Source of the DNA: a bacterium
Lineage (GTDB): Bacteria > Patescibacteriota > Minisyncoccia > UBA6257 > GWB1-50-10
Assembly: GCA_021815205.1 (NCBI GenBank)
Contig: JAKAHD010000002.1
Coordinates: 1 to 43,537, forward strand
Reading direction: 5' to 3'
Length of the DNA stretch: 43,537 nt
In this document: positions 34,335 through 42,572 of the stretch, piece by piece
Layout of the letters: each line of letters opens with the position of its first letter
Numbering within the stretch: position 1 is the stretch's first letter
The notes under the pieces: model-generated
The model's input: only the letters and a program-made list of their open reading frames with translations
Database searches by the model: none
Told to the model about the DNA's origin: nothing
Translations under genes and position numbers: made by a program

Positions 34335-36113
34335 ATGAATCAGGAGAAAAGAACATGTCAGAATTGTAAGCAATCCTTCGTCATTGAACCGGATGATTTC
34401 GGTTTCTATGAGAGGATGCGGGTGCCGGCGCCGACATTCTGTCCTGCCTGCCGCACGCAACGGAGAATGGCATTCCGGAACGATGGATTTTTATATAAGC
34501 GAAAGAGCGATTTTTCCGGAGAGAGCATTTTCTCGATGTATTCGGAGAAATCCCCAATAAAGGTATATGAGCTTGAAGCGTGGTATTCGGATAAGTGGGA
34601 CCCCATAAGTTATGGCAGGGATGTTGATTTTTCAAGGCCGTTTTTCGAGCAGATTCGCGAGATGTTTCAAGAAGTCCCGTGGCGAGCGAGAGGTATTATT
34701 AAGCCCGTGGGGAGCGAATACTCGAACAACTTCACTGGATTCAAAAATTGCTACCTCTGCTTTAACGGCAGCGAATCGGAGGAATGCGGCTATTCGAACG
34801 GGCTGGATTATTCCAAAAACTCTTTCGACAACTCCCATATCGCGTATTGCGAACTCGCCTACGAAGGGTTTTGGCTCACGAGATGCAATACGATCGCGTT
34901 CTCGTCACAATGCGAGGACAGCTTCAATATTTGGTTTTCAAAGAATTTGCGGGGATGTTCGAATTGTTTCGGATGTGCGAACCTCACGAATAAAAGTTTC
35001 TGTATTTTCAACAGACAATATACGAAAGAAGAATATGAAAAGGAAATCCAGAAATACAATCTCGGTTCCCGTAGCGCGGTAAAAATGTTATGGCAGAGGG
35101 CGCAAAAGTTTTGGTTGCAGTTTCCCGAAAAGTTCATGCAAGGAGCGAAAAACTCCAGAGTGAGCGGAAACTACATCAATCAGTCGAAAAACGTGTTCGA
35201 GTCGTATCTCGTTCGAAGCGGCGAAGACTTGAAGAGTTGCCAATATCTTCAGACGGGACCCAACAAGGACTGCCGGGACCTTACGTTCTTTGTGGGGAAC
35301 GAACTTGTGTATGAAGCAGCCCAATGTGGTGATGGCGCGTATAATCTGAAATTCTGTTTTCAGTGCTGGACGAATGTAAAAAATCTCCAATATTGTACGA
35401 GCTGTCTTTCTTCTTCCGATTGCTTCGGGTGTTCAAGTTTGCGCAATAAGCAATATTGTATTTTGAACAAGCAATATACGAAAGAAGAATATGAAAAACT
35501 CGTTCCGAAAATCATCGCGCACATGAACGAGATGCCGTATGTGGATGAAAAAGGAAGAAAATATTGCTATGGTGAATTCTTCCCGGCCGCGTTTTCTCCC
35601 TTTGCATACAACGAAACGATTGCACAAGAGTATTTTCCGCTCACGAAAGACGAAGCGGCGGAACAAGGATATGCATGGAAAGATCAGGAGGCAAAGGGAT
35701 ATAGCGTTACGCTTCCCGTCGAAGAAATAGTGGACGATATCAAATTCGCGGACGAGAGCATTTTAAATCAGGTAATAGAATGCGCGCATGAAGGAAGATG
35801 CAACGATCAGTGCACGAAGGCATTTAGAATCATTCCGCAGGAACTCTTATTCTATAAAAGAATGAATCTGCCCATCCCCGATCTCTGTCCGAACTGCAGG
35901 CATTTCGAACGCTTGAAGCGAAGAAATCCGATTCACCTCTGGCACCGCGCCTGCCAGTGCGCAGGTACGAAATCGGAAAACGGAGTATATACGAATACCG
36001 CAGCGCATCAACACGGGGCGGGGAAGTGTACAAACGAATTCGAAACCAGTTATTCGCCCGACCGTCCCGAGATCGTGTACTGCGAGCAGTGCTATCAAGC
36101 TGAGATAATTTAG
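34335..36113 (+). CDS. Cys-rich multi-zinc-ribbon repeat protein of unknown function, paralog 2
   Basis: Colinear with 3533-5287: CQNCKQ.FVIEPDDF.FYE, KWDPISYG, CSNCFGC, YCILNKQY, YGEFFP and PDRPEIVYCEQCYQ. Confidence 0.8.
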   Translation: MNQEKRTCQNCKQSFVIEPDDFGFYERMRVPAPTFCPACRTQRRMAFRNDGFLYKRKSDFSGESIFSMYSEKSPIKVYELEAWYSDKWDPISYGRDVDFSRPFFEQIREMFQEVPWRARGIIKPVGSEYSNNFTGFKNCYLCFNGSESEECGYSNGLDYSKNSFDNSHIAYCELAYEGFWLTRCNTIAFSSQCEDSFNIWFSKNLRGCSNCFGCANLTNKSFCIFNRQYTKEEYEKEIQKYNLGSRSAVKMLWQRAQKFWLQFPEKFMQGAKNSRVSGNYINQSKNVFESYLVRSGEDLKSCQYLQTGPNKDCRDLTFFVGNELVYEAAQCGDGAYNLKFCFQCWTNVKNLQYCTSCLSSSDCFGCSSLRNKQYCILNKQYTKEEYEKLVPKIIAHMNEMPYVDEKGRKYCYGEFFPAAFSPFAYNETIAQEYFPLTKDEAAEQGYAWKDQEAKGYSVTLPVEEIVDDIKFADESILNQVIECAHEGRCNDQCTKAFRIIPQELLFYKRMNLPIPDLCPNCRHFERLKRRNPIHLWHRACQCAGTKSENGVYTNTAAHQHGAGKCTNEFETSYSPDRPEIVYCEQCYQAEII

Positions 36114-36247
36114 AAGCAGATCACGCAGAAATGTACGCGGATATACCCCTCACATAAATACTTATGTGAGGGGTATACGCAGATGCGTTCTGCGTCAATC
36201 TGCGGCGCTTCTGCGTTATCCGCTTCTATGTGTTACAATATCGGTAT

Positions 36248-37261
36248 ATGAAAATAGGTTTTTTTGAGCTTGAGGGATGGGAGAAGGATGTTATCATAAA
36301 AGCGCTTCCGGAGCATGAGTTGTATTTCAGCGACAAGAAGATCAGCGAAGACGAGATGCCCGAGAGGCGCGACTTCGACATCGTTTCCCTCTTTGTGAGT
36401 TCGCGGGTCACCGCGAAAGTGATTGAAGAGTTCCCGAATCTGAAGCTCGTCACGACGAATTCGACGGGATTCGACCATATCGACTGCGCGGCATGCAGGG
36501 CGCGCGGCATCACGGTGGCATATGTTCCCGGGTATGGCAATAATACCGTCGCGGAGTATGCGTTTGGCCTCCTTTTGAATCTTACGAGGAAGATTTACCA
36601 GGCGATTGATCAGATCAAGGAACGCGACGATTTTTCGCAGAATAACCTCCGCGGTATCGACTTGAAGGGGAGAACAATGGGAGTCTTGGGTACAGGGAGA
36701 ATCGGAAGGGAAACGATCGCGATCGCGAAAGGGTTCGGGATGAAAGTGATCGCGTTCGACCCGTACCCGAACGCGCAGGCGGTGCAGGAGCTCGGATTCG
36801 AGTATAAAACGCTCGACGAGGTGCTCGCGAATGCCGATTGTATTTTGATTCATTGTCCACTCTCGGACTCGACGCGCCATCTTATCAACATGGAGAATGT
36901 AAAAAGGATGAAACGCGGCGCGTATCTCGTGAATACCGCACGGGGGCCGATCGTCGAGACCGACGCGATCGTGTACGGACTCCAAAACGGCATTCTCGCG
37001 GGCGTGGGTCTCGACGTACTCGAAGAGGAGGGGGAGACGAAAGATGAGTTGCAATTTCTCGCAAAATCCGGAACCCGCGAGGAAGAACTGCGGACAATTC
37101 TTGAGAATCACGTGCTCATGAAAATGCCGAATGTCCTCATCACGCCGCACAACGCGTTTAATTCACAGGAAGCGTTGATGCGCATCTTAGGCACTACGAT
37201 AGAAAATATCAAAGGGTTCGTTGGAAATACGCTTAATCCGAAAAATATTGTTCCAGTGTAA
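36248..37261 (+). CDS. D-isomer-specific 2-hydroxyacid dehydrogenase (D-lactate dehydrogenase-like)
   Basis: STGFDHID, VAEY, GTGRIG, HCPL, VNTARG, LDVLEEE and TPHNAF motifs. Confidence 0.92.
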   Translation: MKIGFFELEGWEKDVIIKALPEHELYFSDKKISEDEMPERRDFDIVSLFVSSRVTAKVIEEFPNLKLVTTNSTGFDHIDCAACRARGITVAYVPGYGNNTVAEYAFGLLLNLTRKIYQAIDQIKERDDFSQNNLRGIDLKGRTMGVLGTGRIGRETIAIAKGFGMKVIAFDPYPNAQAVQELGFEYKTLDEVLANADCILIHCPLSDSTRHLINMENVKRMKRGAYLVNTARGPIVETDAIVYGLQNGILAGVGLDVLEEEGETKDELQFLAKSGTREEELRTILENHVLMKMPNVLITPHNAFNSQEALMRILGTTIENIKGFVGNTLNPKNIVPV

Positions 37262-37307
37262 GTTTACCCTTTCTATAACATGCGTTATTTATCATGCAAA
37301 CAAATGA

Positions 37308-37412
37308 ATCCCCACACCCTCCTGCGAGGTATTAAACCCCGCAGGAAGGACTTCTACGCCACCCATTCATCCCCGTAGCAAGCTACGAGGTATTCTGGGA
37401 AGGTGTGGGGAT
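37308..37412. repeat. CCCCACACC-ended hairpin element sharing an internal motif with the MITE-like copies
   Basis: atccccacacc...ggtgtggggat termini; internal ttcatccccgtagcaagctacg nearly matches 7545-7566. Confidence 0.7.
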
Positions 37413-37483
37413 AAATACGGGATCAAGTCGAACCGTACGGATTTGCATTATTTGCTGTAGTTCGCATCATTAGCGATTACTCC

Positions 37484-38683
37484 ATGATTATCGAATCACT
37501 CACCATACAAGAGATTTTCGATTCGAGAGGAGCACCGACGATCGAGGTTACGCTCACGGCGCCCGGGCATCATTCATTCCTTGCAAGAATTCCCTCGGGA
37601 AAGAGCAGGGGAACGCACGAGGCGGCGGTGCTTTCGTATGCGGATGCAGAAAAAGCGCTCCACAATATACTCCGCACGAGAGTAGTGGGGCTCGATTTCC
37701 AGACAATCAAGGAGCTCGACACGTTCCTTATAAAGCTCGACGGCACCGAACAAAAAGAAAAACTCGGCGGTAACGTAATGCTCGGCATATCGCTCGCGTT
37801 CGCGCGGGCGCTTGCGTATGAGAAGGGAGAGGAATTATGGAAGGTATTGCACGAAGAGTTTTTTCCGCGGACGGATATCTCAAAGAGACCACTCATCTTC
37901 GCGAACCTCATAAACGGCGGCGCGCATGCGGACAATAATCTCGATATTCAGGAGTATATGGTAGTCGCCGAACCAAACGCGGAGTATCGGCAAACGGTGC
38001 AGAAACTTATCTCCTTCTACGAACGGTTGGGGTTCATGATAGCAGAAGAGCGTGGAGTTGCGCGCCTTCCCCTGGGAGACGAAGAGGGGTATGAGGTGAA
38101 CTTCAAGGATAACTTCGCGCCGGTCGCGCTTCTCGAGAGATTCATCAAGGAGAGCGAGTTGCAGAATGAGTTCAAAATCGCGCTCGATGCGGCGGCATCG
38201 AGTTTTTATGAAAATGGGAGTTATCGTCTTGAAGGATCATTGTTGTCTATGGAGCAACTCGTCGAGCGGTATAGGGAATATTTCGAAAGATCGAAGTTGT
38301 TGTATTCCATCGAAGATCCGTGTGATGAGGGTGACTTCGAGGGATTCAAGAAGATAATGGAGATCGCGGGAGACCGCTGGATTGTTGCGGACGATCTCAC
38401 GACGACCAACCCGCGTAGGATAGACAAGTATGCGGGAGAGGGGTTGATGACCGGCGTGATTATCAAGGCAAATCAAATCGGTACGCTTACCGAGACATGC
38501 GAGGCGATTAACGCCGCAAAAAAGCGGGGAGTGCGCGTAATCGTGTCGCACCGTTCGGGAGAGACGGATGATGCGTTTCTTATTCACATCGCGAAAGCGT
38601 GCGGGGCGGACGGGGTGAAGATCGGAGCGCCCGCGAAGGAACGGATCTCGAAGTATGACGAGCTGATACGGTTGTATTCATGA
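37484..38683 (+). CDS. eno: Enolase
   Basis: DSRG.PT, INGGAHA, QEYM, DAAAS, IEDP, DDL, KANQIGTLTE and VSHRSGET motifs. Confidence 0.95.
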   Translation: MIIESLTIQEIFDSRGAPTIEVTLTAPGHHSFLARIPSGKSRGTHEAAVLSYADAEKALHNILRTRVVGLDFQTIKELDTFLIKLDGTEQKEKLGGNVMLGISLAFARALAYEKGEELWKVLHEEFFPRTDISKRPLIFANLINGGAHADNNLDIQEYMVVAEPNAEYRQTVQKLISFYERLGFMIAEERGVARLPLGDEEGYEVNFKDNFAPVALLERFIKESELQNEFKIALDAAASSFYENGSYRLEGSLLSMEQLVERYREYFERSKLLYSIEDPCDEGDFEGFKKIMEIAGDRWIVADDLTTTNPRRIDKYAGEGLMTGVIIKANQIGTLTETCEAINAAKKRGVRVIVSHRSGETDDAFLIHIAKACGADGVKIGAPAKERISKYDELIRLYS

Positions 38684-38735
38684 TTGCGGCACAATTCTTT
38701 TGATAAAAAGTGTGCGCTCCGGGGCGCTAGCCCAA

Positions 38736-38766
38736 GTCCCCACACCTATGGCATAGGTGTGGGGAC
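38736..38766. repeat. CCCCACACC hairpin
   Basis: gtccccacacctatg-g-cataggtgtggggac; related hairpins at 1651-1672, 741-765 and 7520-7544. Confidence 0.85.
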
Positions 38767-38976
38767 AAGTCTTACCCACTTTTTATCAAAAGAATTGTGC
38801 ACAAATGAATTTGTGGGGAGTGAGTTTGATATAATAATGTAAATGAACCCCGCACCTTTAGAGGATTGCGGAAGGTAAAATAAAAAATTGTTTTATGAAA
38901 ATAGATAAAGAAGTCGCAGGGATAATATAGAGGAGTATAATGCTTTATAAAGAGCATGGTCCTCTAAAGGTGCGAG

Positions 38977-39447
38977 ATGAAGAATTCTGATTTATCGAAA
39001 AAGGCATCGCTGTGGCTTTTTGTGTTGCGTCTCGGAGTGGGGTGGTTTTTCTTTTACGCGGGACTCACGAAGGTGCTTGACCCCTCGTGGAGCGCGGAGA
39101 AGTTCCTTATGGGAGCGAAAACGTTTCCCGGGCTTTACGCGTGGTTCGCCCAGCCGGGGCTCGTGCAGAGCATCAACCTTATCAATGAATGGGCGCTTGT
39201 CGTCTTGGGCGCCGCGCTTATCCTCGGGTTCTTCCTGCGTCCCGCGGCGCTCTTCGGGATTCTTCTCATGCTTCTTTATTATTTTGCCTCGAACGCCGTA
39301 CCTGTGGTCGAGCACGGATTCATCGTGGACGAGCACATTGTTCTTATTTTAATTCTTTCATTCTTTGTTGCCATTGATGCGGGCGATCACTGGGGATTGG
39401 ACCATTTTTTAAGAAAAGAAGAGAGGGCGAAGGTAGAGAACTATTAA
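38977..39447 (+). CDS. DoxX family membrane protein
   Basis: LRLGVGWFFFYAGLTK, GAALILGFFLR and WGLD motifs. Confidence 0.85.
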   Translation: MKNSDLSKKASLWLFVLRLGVGWFFFYAGLTKVLDPSWSAEKFLMGAKTFPGLYAWFAQPGLVQSINLINEWALVVLGAALILGFFLRPAALFGILLMLLYYFASNAVPVVEHGFIVDEHIVLILILSFFVAIDAGDHWGLDHFLRKEERAKVENY

Positions 39448-39502
39448 GGACACGGATTACACAGATAAGAATATGGACACCACAGACGGTACCTGTGTAA
39501 TA

Positions 39503-39531
39503 TTGACGCATACCGCGGCTCGCGGTATTTT
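39503..39531 (+). promoter_or_regulatory. Promoter with a palindromic operator in the spacer (CsoR/RcnR-like)
   Basis: TTGACG, 17 bp, TATTTT, with ATACCGCG-gct-CGCGGTAT at 39510-39528. Confidence 0.5.
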
Positions 39532-39559
39532 TAGTATGAAAAGATCTAAAAGGGTAAGT

Positions 39560-40279
39560 ATGAAGCAACACATCCTCTATTTCGGTCTGCTGCTTACAGC
39601 ACTCCTCATATTTTCTGGAGCAGGCATGACGCATGCGCAGATGATGGGAAGATATAACGGCTCCTACGGCGCAATGATGGGCGGATGGGTATATCCCGCG
39701 GCAACATCTTCGGAACTTTCGGCAAGCGACACTCAGGCAATCGCGGCTGGCAAGGCATGGTACGCAAAACTCCAGGCGAAACAGGTGTCGTGCGATGATC
39801 TGACGCGGAGCGACTTCGAGAATCTCGGCGAGTATGGTATGGATCAGATGATGGGGACGAGGCACGCCGCGATGAATGCGGCAATGGAGACGATGATGGG
39901 AGCACAGAATGAAGAAGCGATGCACGTCGCGATGGGCGAACGATTCTCGGGATGCGATGCGGATGCGGTATTCTCCGGCGGGTCGAGCCGTGGAAACGGT
40001 GACAATTATTTGGGATATATGCCTATGATGGGATATTTTGGATACGGCCCGATGATGGGCTACGGATACGGCAGCGGATGGTGGGGATGGATTATGATGA
40101 TCCTCTTCTGGGCCCTCATCGTGTTCGGCGTCTTCGCGCTTGTGAAGTGGCTGCGCCACGGTTACGAAGGGTATCATCATCATGCCCATTCTGCCTTGAA
40201 TGTGCTGAAGGAGCGTTACGCGAGAGGGGAAATTGACAGGAAGGAGTTCGAGGAAAAAAGGAAGGATTTAGAATCGTAG
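39560..40279 (+). CDS. Met/His-rich membrane protein with C-terminal SHOCT domain
   Basis: Signal-like N-terminus, repeated MMG, a TM helix, YHHHAH and ALNVLKERYARGEIDRKEFEEKR. Confidence 0.8.
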   Translation: MKQHILYFGLLLTALLIFSGAGMTHAQMMGRYNGSYGAMMGGWVYPAATSSELSASDTQAIAAGKAWYAKLQAKQVSCDDLTRSDFENLGEYGMDQMMGTRHAAMNAAMETMMGAQNEEAMHVAMGERFSGCDADAVFSGGSSRGNGDNYLGYMPMMGYFGYGPMMGYGYGSGWWGWIMMILFWALIVFGVFALVKWLRHGYEGYHHHAHSALNVLKERYARGEIDRKEFEEKRKDLES

Positions 40280-40304
40280 TTCAACAAGGGAAAATCTTGT
40301 AGGG

Positions 40305-40438
40305 TGTCATTCTGAACCCCGCCTGCGTCACGCAGGAGGCGGGCGGGGAGAAGAATCTTGTAACGCTGATCGGTGTCGATAAAGCTGATACCTGCTGATA
40401 CCCTGAGATCCTTCTCCTCCTTGGGGAAGAAGGATGAC
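40305..40438. repeat. GTCATTCTGA...GGATGAC-type element with nested inserts
   Basis: tgtcattctgaa...gaagaatct and gagatccttc...ggatgac, with nested cctgcgtcacgcagg and gctgat repeats; related half at 7718-7753. Confidence 0.6.
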
Positions 40439-40481
40439 CAAGATGGCGTTTGAAGGATGATTTCAGGGATTGGTTATAAGT

Positions 40482-40910
40482 ATGTCAAAGAAGATACTTC
40501 TTATTCTTTTAATCTTAGGAATTGTGGGGTTTGCGGATGCCGCATACCTTACCGCTACTCATTACGGAGGAACATCGCTCGTGTGCTCCGTGTTCAACGG
40601 ATGCGACAAAGTAACCTCGAGCGTCTACGCGGCATGGGGAGGTATTCCGGTCGCGCTCGTGGGGATGTTCTACTACGCGGCAATCGTGATCGTCGCGGGG
40701 CTCGCAGTGTGGAAGGATAAAAAATATGTGCTGTGGATCGTGGGCGTGAGCGCGCTCGGACTTTTCGCGTCAATCTGGTTCGTGTATCTTCAAGCGTTCG
40801 TACTTCACGCGTTCTGCACCTACTGCCTTATCTCCGCCGCGGTTACATTCACGATTTTTGTGATGAGCGTGAAAGCGCTACGCTTAAGGAGCAATGAAGG
40901 TGGAGCATAG
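40482..40910 (+). CDS. Vitamin K epoxide reductase (VKOR) family protein
   Basis: CSVFNGCDKVTSS, GIPVALVG and YLQAFVLHAFCTYC (CxxC). Confidence 0.92.
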   Translation: MSKKILLILLILGIVGFADAAYLTATHYGGTSLVCSVFNGCDKVTSSVYAAWGGIPVALVGMFYYAAIVIVAGLAVWKDKKYVLWIVGVSALGLFASIWFVYLQAFVLHAFCTYCLISAAVTFTIFVMSVKALRLRSNEGGA

Positions 40911-41016
40911 AAAGAGATAACACGGGAGACAAGGCGAAACTACGCGGAAACGCCCTCGTGTTAATCTGCGGACTCATATTTTGAGGTCATCCTCGATGAT
41001 AGGAAGTTGTATAGCA

Positions 41017-41040
41017 GGTGCTATGCTATAGCATAGCACC
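41017..41040. repeat. 24-bp-core palindrome family (CTATAG centre)
   Basis: ggtgctatgctatagcatagcacc. Confidence 0.92.
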
Positions 41041-41087
41041 CTCATTCGCTTTTATCTTGAAAAATTTCACCTGAAAATACCAGAGTA

Positions 41088-41410
41088 CTATGCGGCCGCA
41101 TAGTGTCCTGATTTATTCTCCTTCGCCCGAATACCTCCGTCGCGTGCGATGATGATGAAGGGCGAGAAGAACCCTTCCGTAGTCCGCTCGAGGCGGACGA
41201 AGGAGGGTTGGATCCAGGATGAATTTAGGATACCGCATCGCGTGCGTGCAGTATCTTCATTGGAGTCCGATTTTGATATGTTTCGATATGGCTTTCGGAT
41301 TCGAACGTATAACATTTAGACGATCGTCTGAAATGTTGTACGCTCTTTGCTTAGCTTATAGTCCTCGTCGCGCCCTCTCGCATTGCGGGCACGCGCTCGC
41401 GGTTTTATAA
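41088..41410. ncRNA. Candidate structured RNA or hairpin stack of unknown class
   Basis: About seven back-to-back stem-loops with G-U pairs and bulges; no convincing ORF. Confidence 0.3.
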
Positions 41411-41433
41411 CCCCCACCCATCCACAGGGAGAT

Positions 41434-41463
41434 TTGACAGGGTGATAGTATAAATGCTATATT
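41434..41463 (+). promoter_or_regulatory. sigma70 promoter
   Basis: TTGACA, 18 bp, TATATT with extended TG; GGAG RBS before ATG 41506. Confidence 0.65.
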
Positions 41464-41505
41464 ATTTCCGGTAATAATTTAAAAAAATAATCTTGGAGAA
41501 ATGAT

Positions 41506-42204
41506 ATGGGTACACAAAATAATTTTGTGGATTACAGAACATTCTATGATACCGCTGGAGAGAGCGATTTCATATTGCCCTCTGAGGTAGAAGAAGCAAC
41601 CGGACTTAAGTATGACGACGAAACATTAAGCCGTTTTCTAGAAGCCCTACCGCAAAAAGACGATATCGAATGGTGTAAAAAAATGGACTACATATTTATA
41701 CCGGGTCCGCCAGAGGTTCTTTCTATGGAAAGGATTGTTTCTATTCAGCCAAACCTTTTTCACTTCGACACTAAAGAAGTAAGTGAAACTTGTCTTAAGC
41801 GCTCGCTTAAGACGAAATGGATAATTATCAAAAAGAGTGTTCTAATGCACGAGATATATCACCGTATTCTTTCTGATCTTTATGAGAAAATTGAGAAAAG
41901 AGAAAATATATCTCATTATTGTCCAGGTCCAGCAGAATTAGCCTGGGCCATGCTTATCTATAGAATGAGCAGAAAAAAATATTTACTTAACGGATGTGAA
42001 GTCCTTTCTGACGCTACTATTGGTTTTGATTCTCCGCTCACACGCAGCTTTCCTATTATGTTCATGTGGAACAAACCGGAAGATAAGATTTTTCTCTATA
42101 GGCTTGAGGCGATGAGCATCGATATTGATGCTGTAACAATAGTAATCCCAACAAGGTTATCCACTTCTATTAATGAAGATAAAGAAGAGGATTTACCATT
42201 TTGA
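41506..42204 (+). CDS. AT-rich hypothetical protein
   Basis: 232-aa ORF with its own promoter, RBS and terminator; visibly lower GC than neighbouring genes. Confidence 0.7.
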   Translation: MGTQNNFVDYRTFYDTAGESDFILPSEVEEATGLKYDDETLSRFLEALPQKDDIEWCKKMDYIFIPGPPEVLSMERIVSIQPNLFHFDTKEVSETCLKRSLKTKWIIIKKSVLMHEIYHRILSDLYEKIEKRENISHYCPGPAELAWAMLIYRMSRKKYLLNGCEVLSDATIGFDSPLTRSFPIMFMWNKPEDKIFLYRLEAMSIDIDAVTIVIPTRLSTSINEDKEEDLPF

Positions 42205-42225
42205 TTGTGAAAGGTTCAAACAAGG

Positions 42226-42267
42226 GAAGGTTTTGTTTCTTAATGAAACAAAACCTTCTTATTTTTT
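42226..42267 (+). terminator. Intrinsic terminator
   Basis: gaaggttttgtttc/gaaacaaaaccttc 14-bp stem followed by a T tract. Confidence 0.7.
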
Positions 42268-42401
42268 GGTCGGTTATAATACCCTCACGTCCCTGTTTCC
42301 ACACGTTCCATAGTTCTCTTAACCCGAATATGAATGAGAGGCAGGCGCTGGAAGTGACCTGCCGATTTTTTTGCTTGAGATGTAGGGATAAATCAGCTAG
42401 A

Positions 42402-42521
42402 ATCCCGTAGAGAAGCAGATCGCGATCGAATGGTTGAATCCGCATTTTTCGGTTATGATTCTGCTTATATATGTCCGAGTATAGGATTGAGAAGAAGCGC
42501 GATCGCGGCTTCTCACGGGAT
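42402..42521. mobile_element. MITE-like element with the same termini but different cargo, copy 3
   Basis: atcccgtagagaagc...gcttctcacgggat termini; interior unrelated to copies 1 and 2. Confidence 0.6.
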
Positions 42522-42572
42522 AAATCAACATAGATCCCAACATCTTCTAGAGAGAAGGAATACGCCAGTCTC

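Noticed and set aside
3533-36113. Diversity-generating retroelement TR/VR pair at the similar 3' ends of the Cys-rich paralogs
   Set aside because: Both are coding, differences are not adenine-specific, and there is no reverse transcriptase in the window.
41088-41315. tmRNA, suggested by the minus-strand peptide end AKENKSGHYAAA*
   Set aside because: No tRNA-like T-arm or acceptor end downstream; YAAA* arises on both strands from the palindrome ctatgcggccgcatag.
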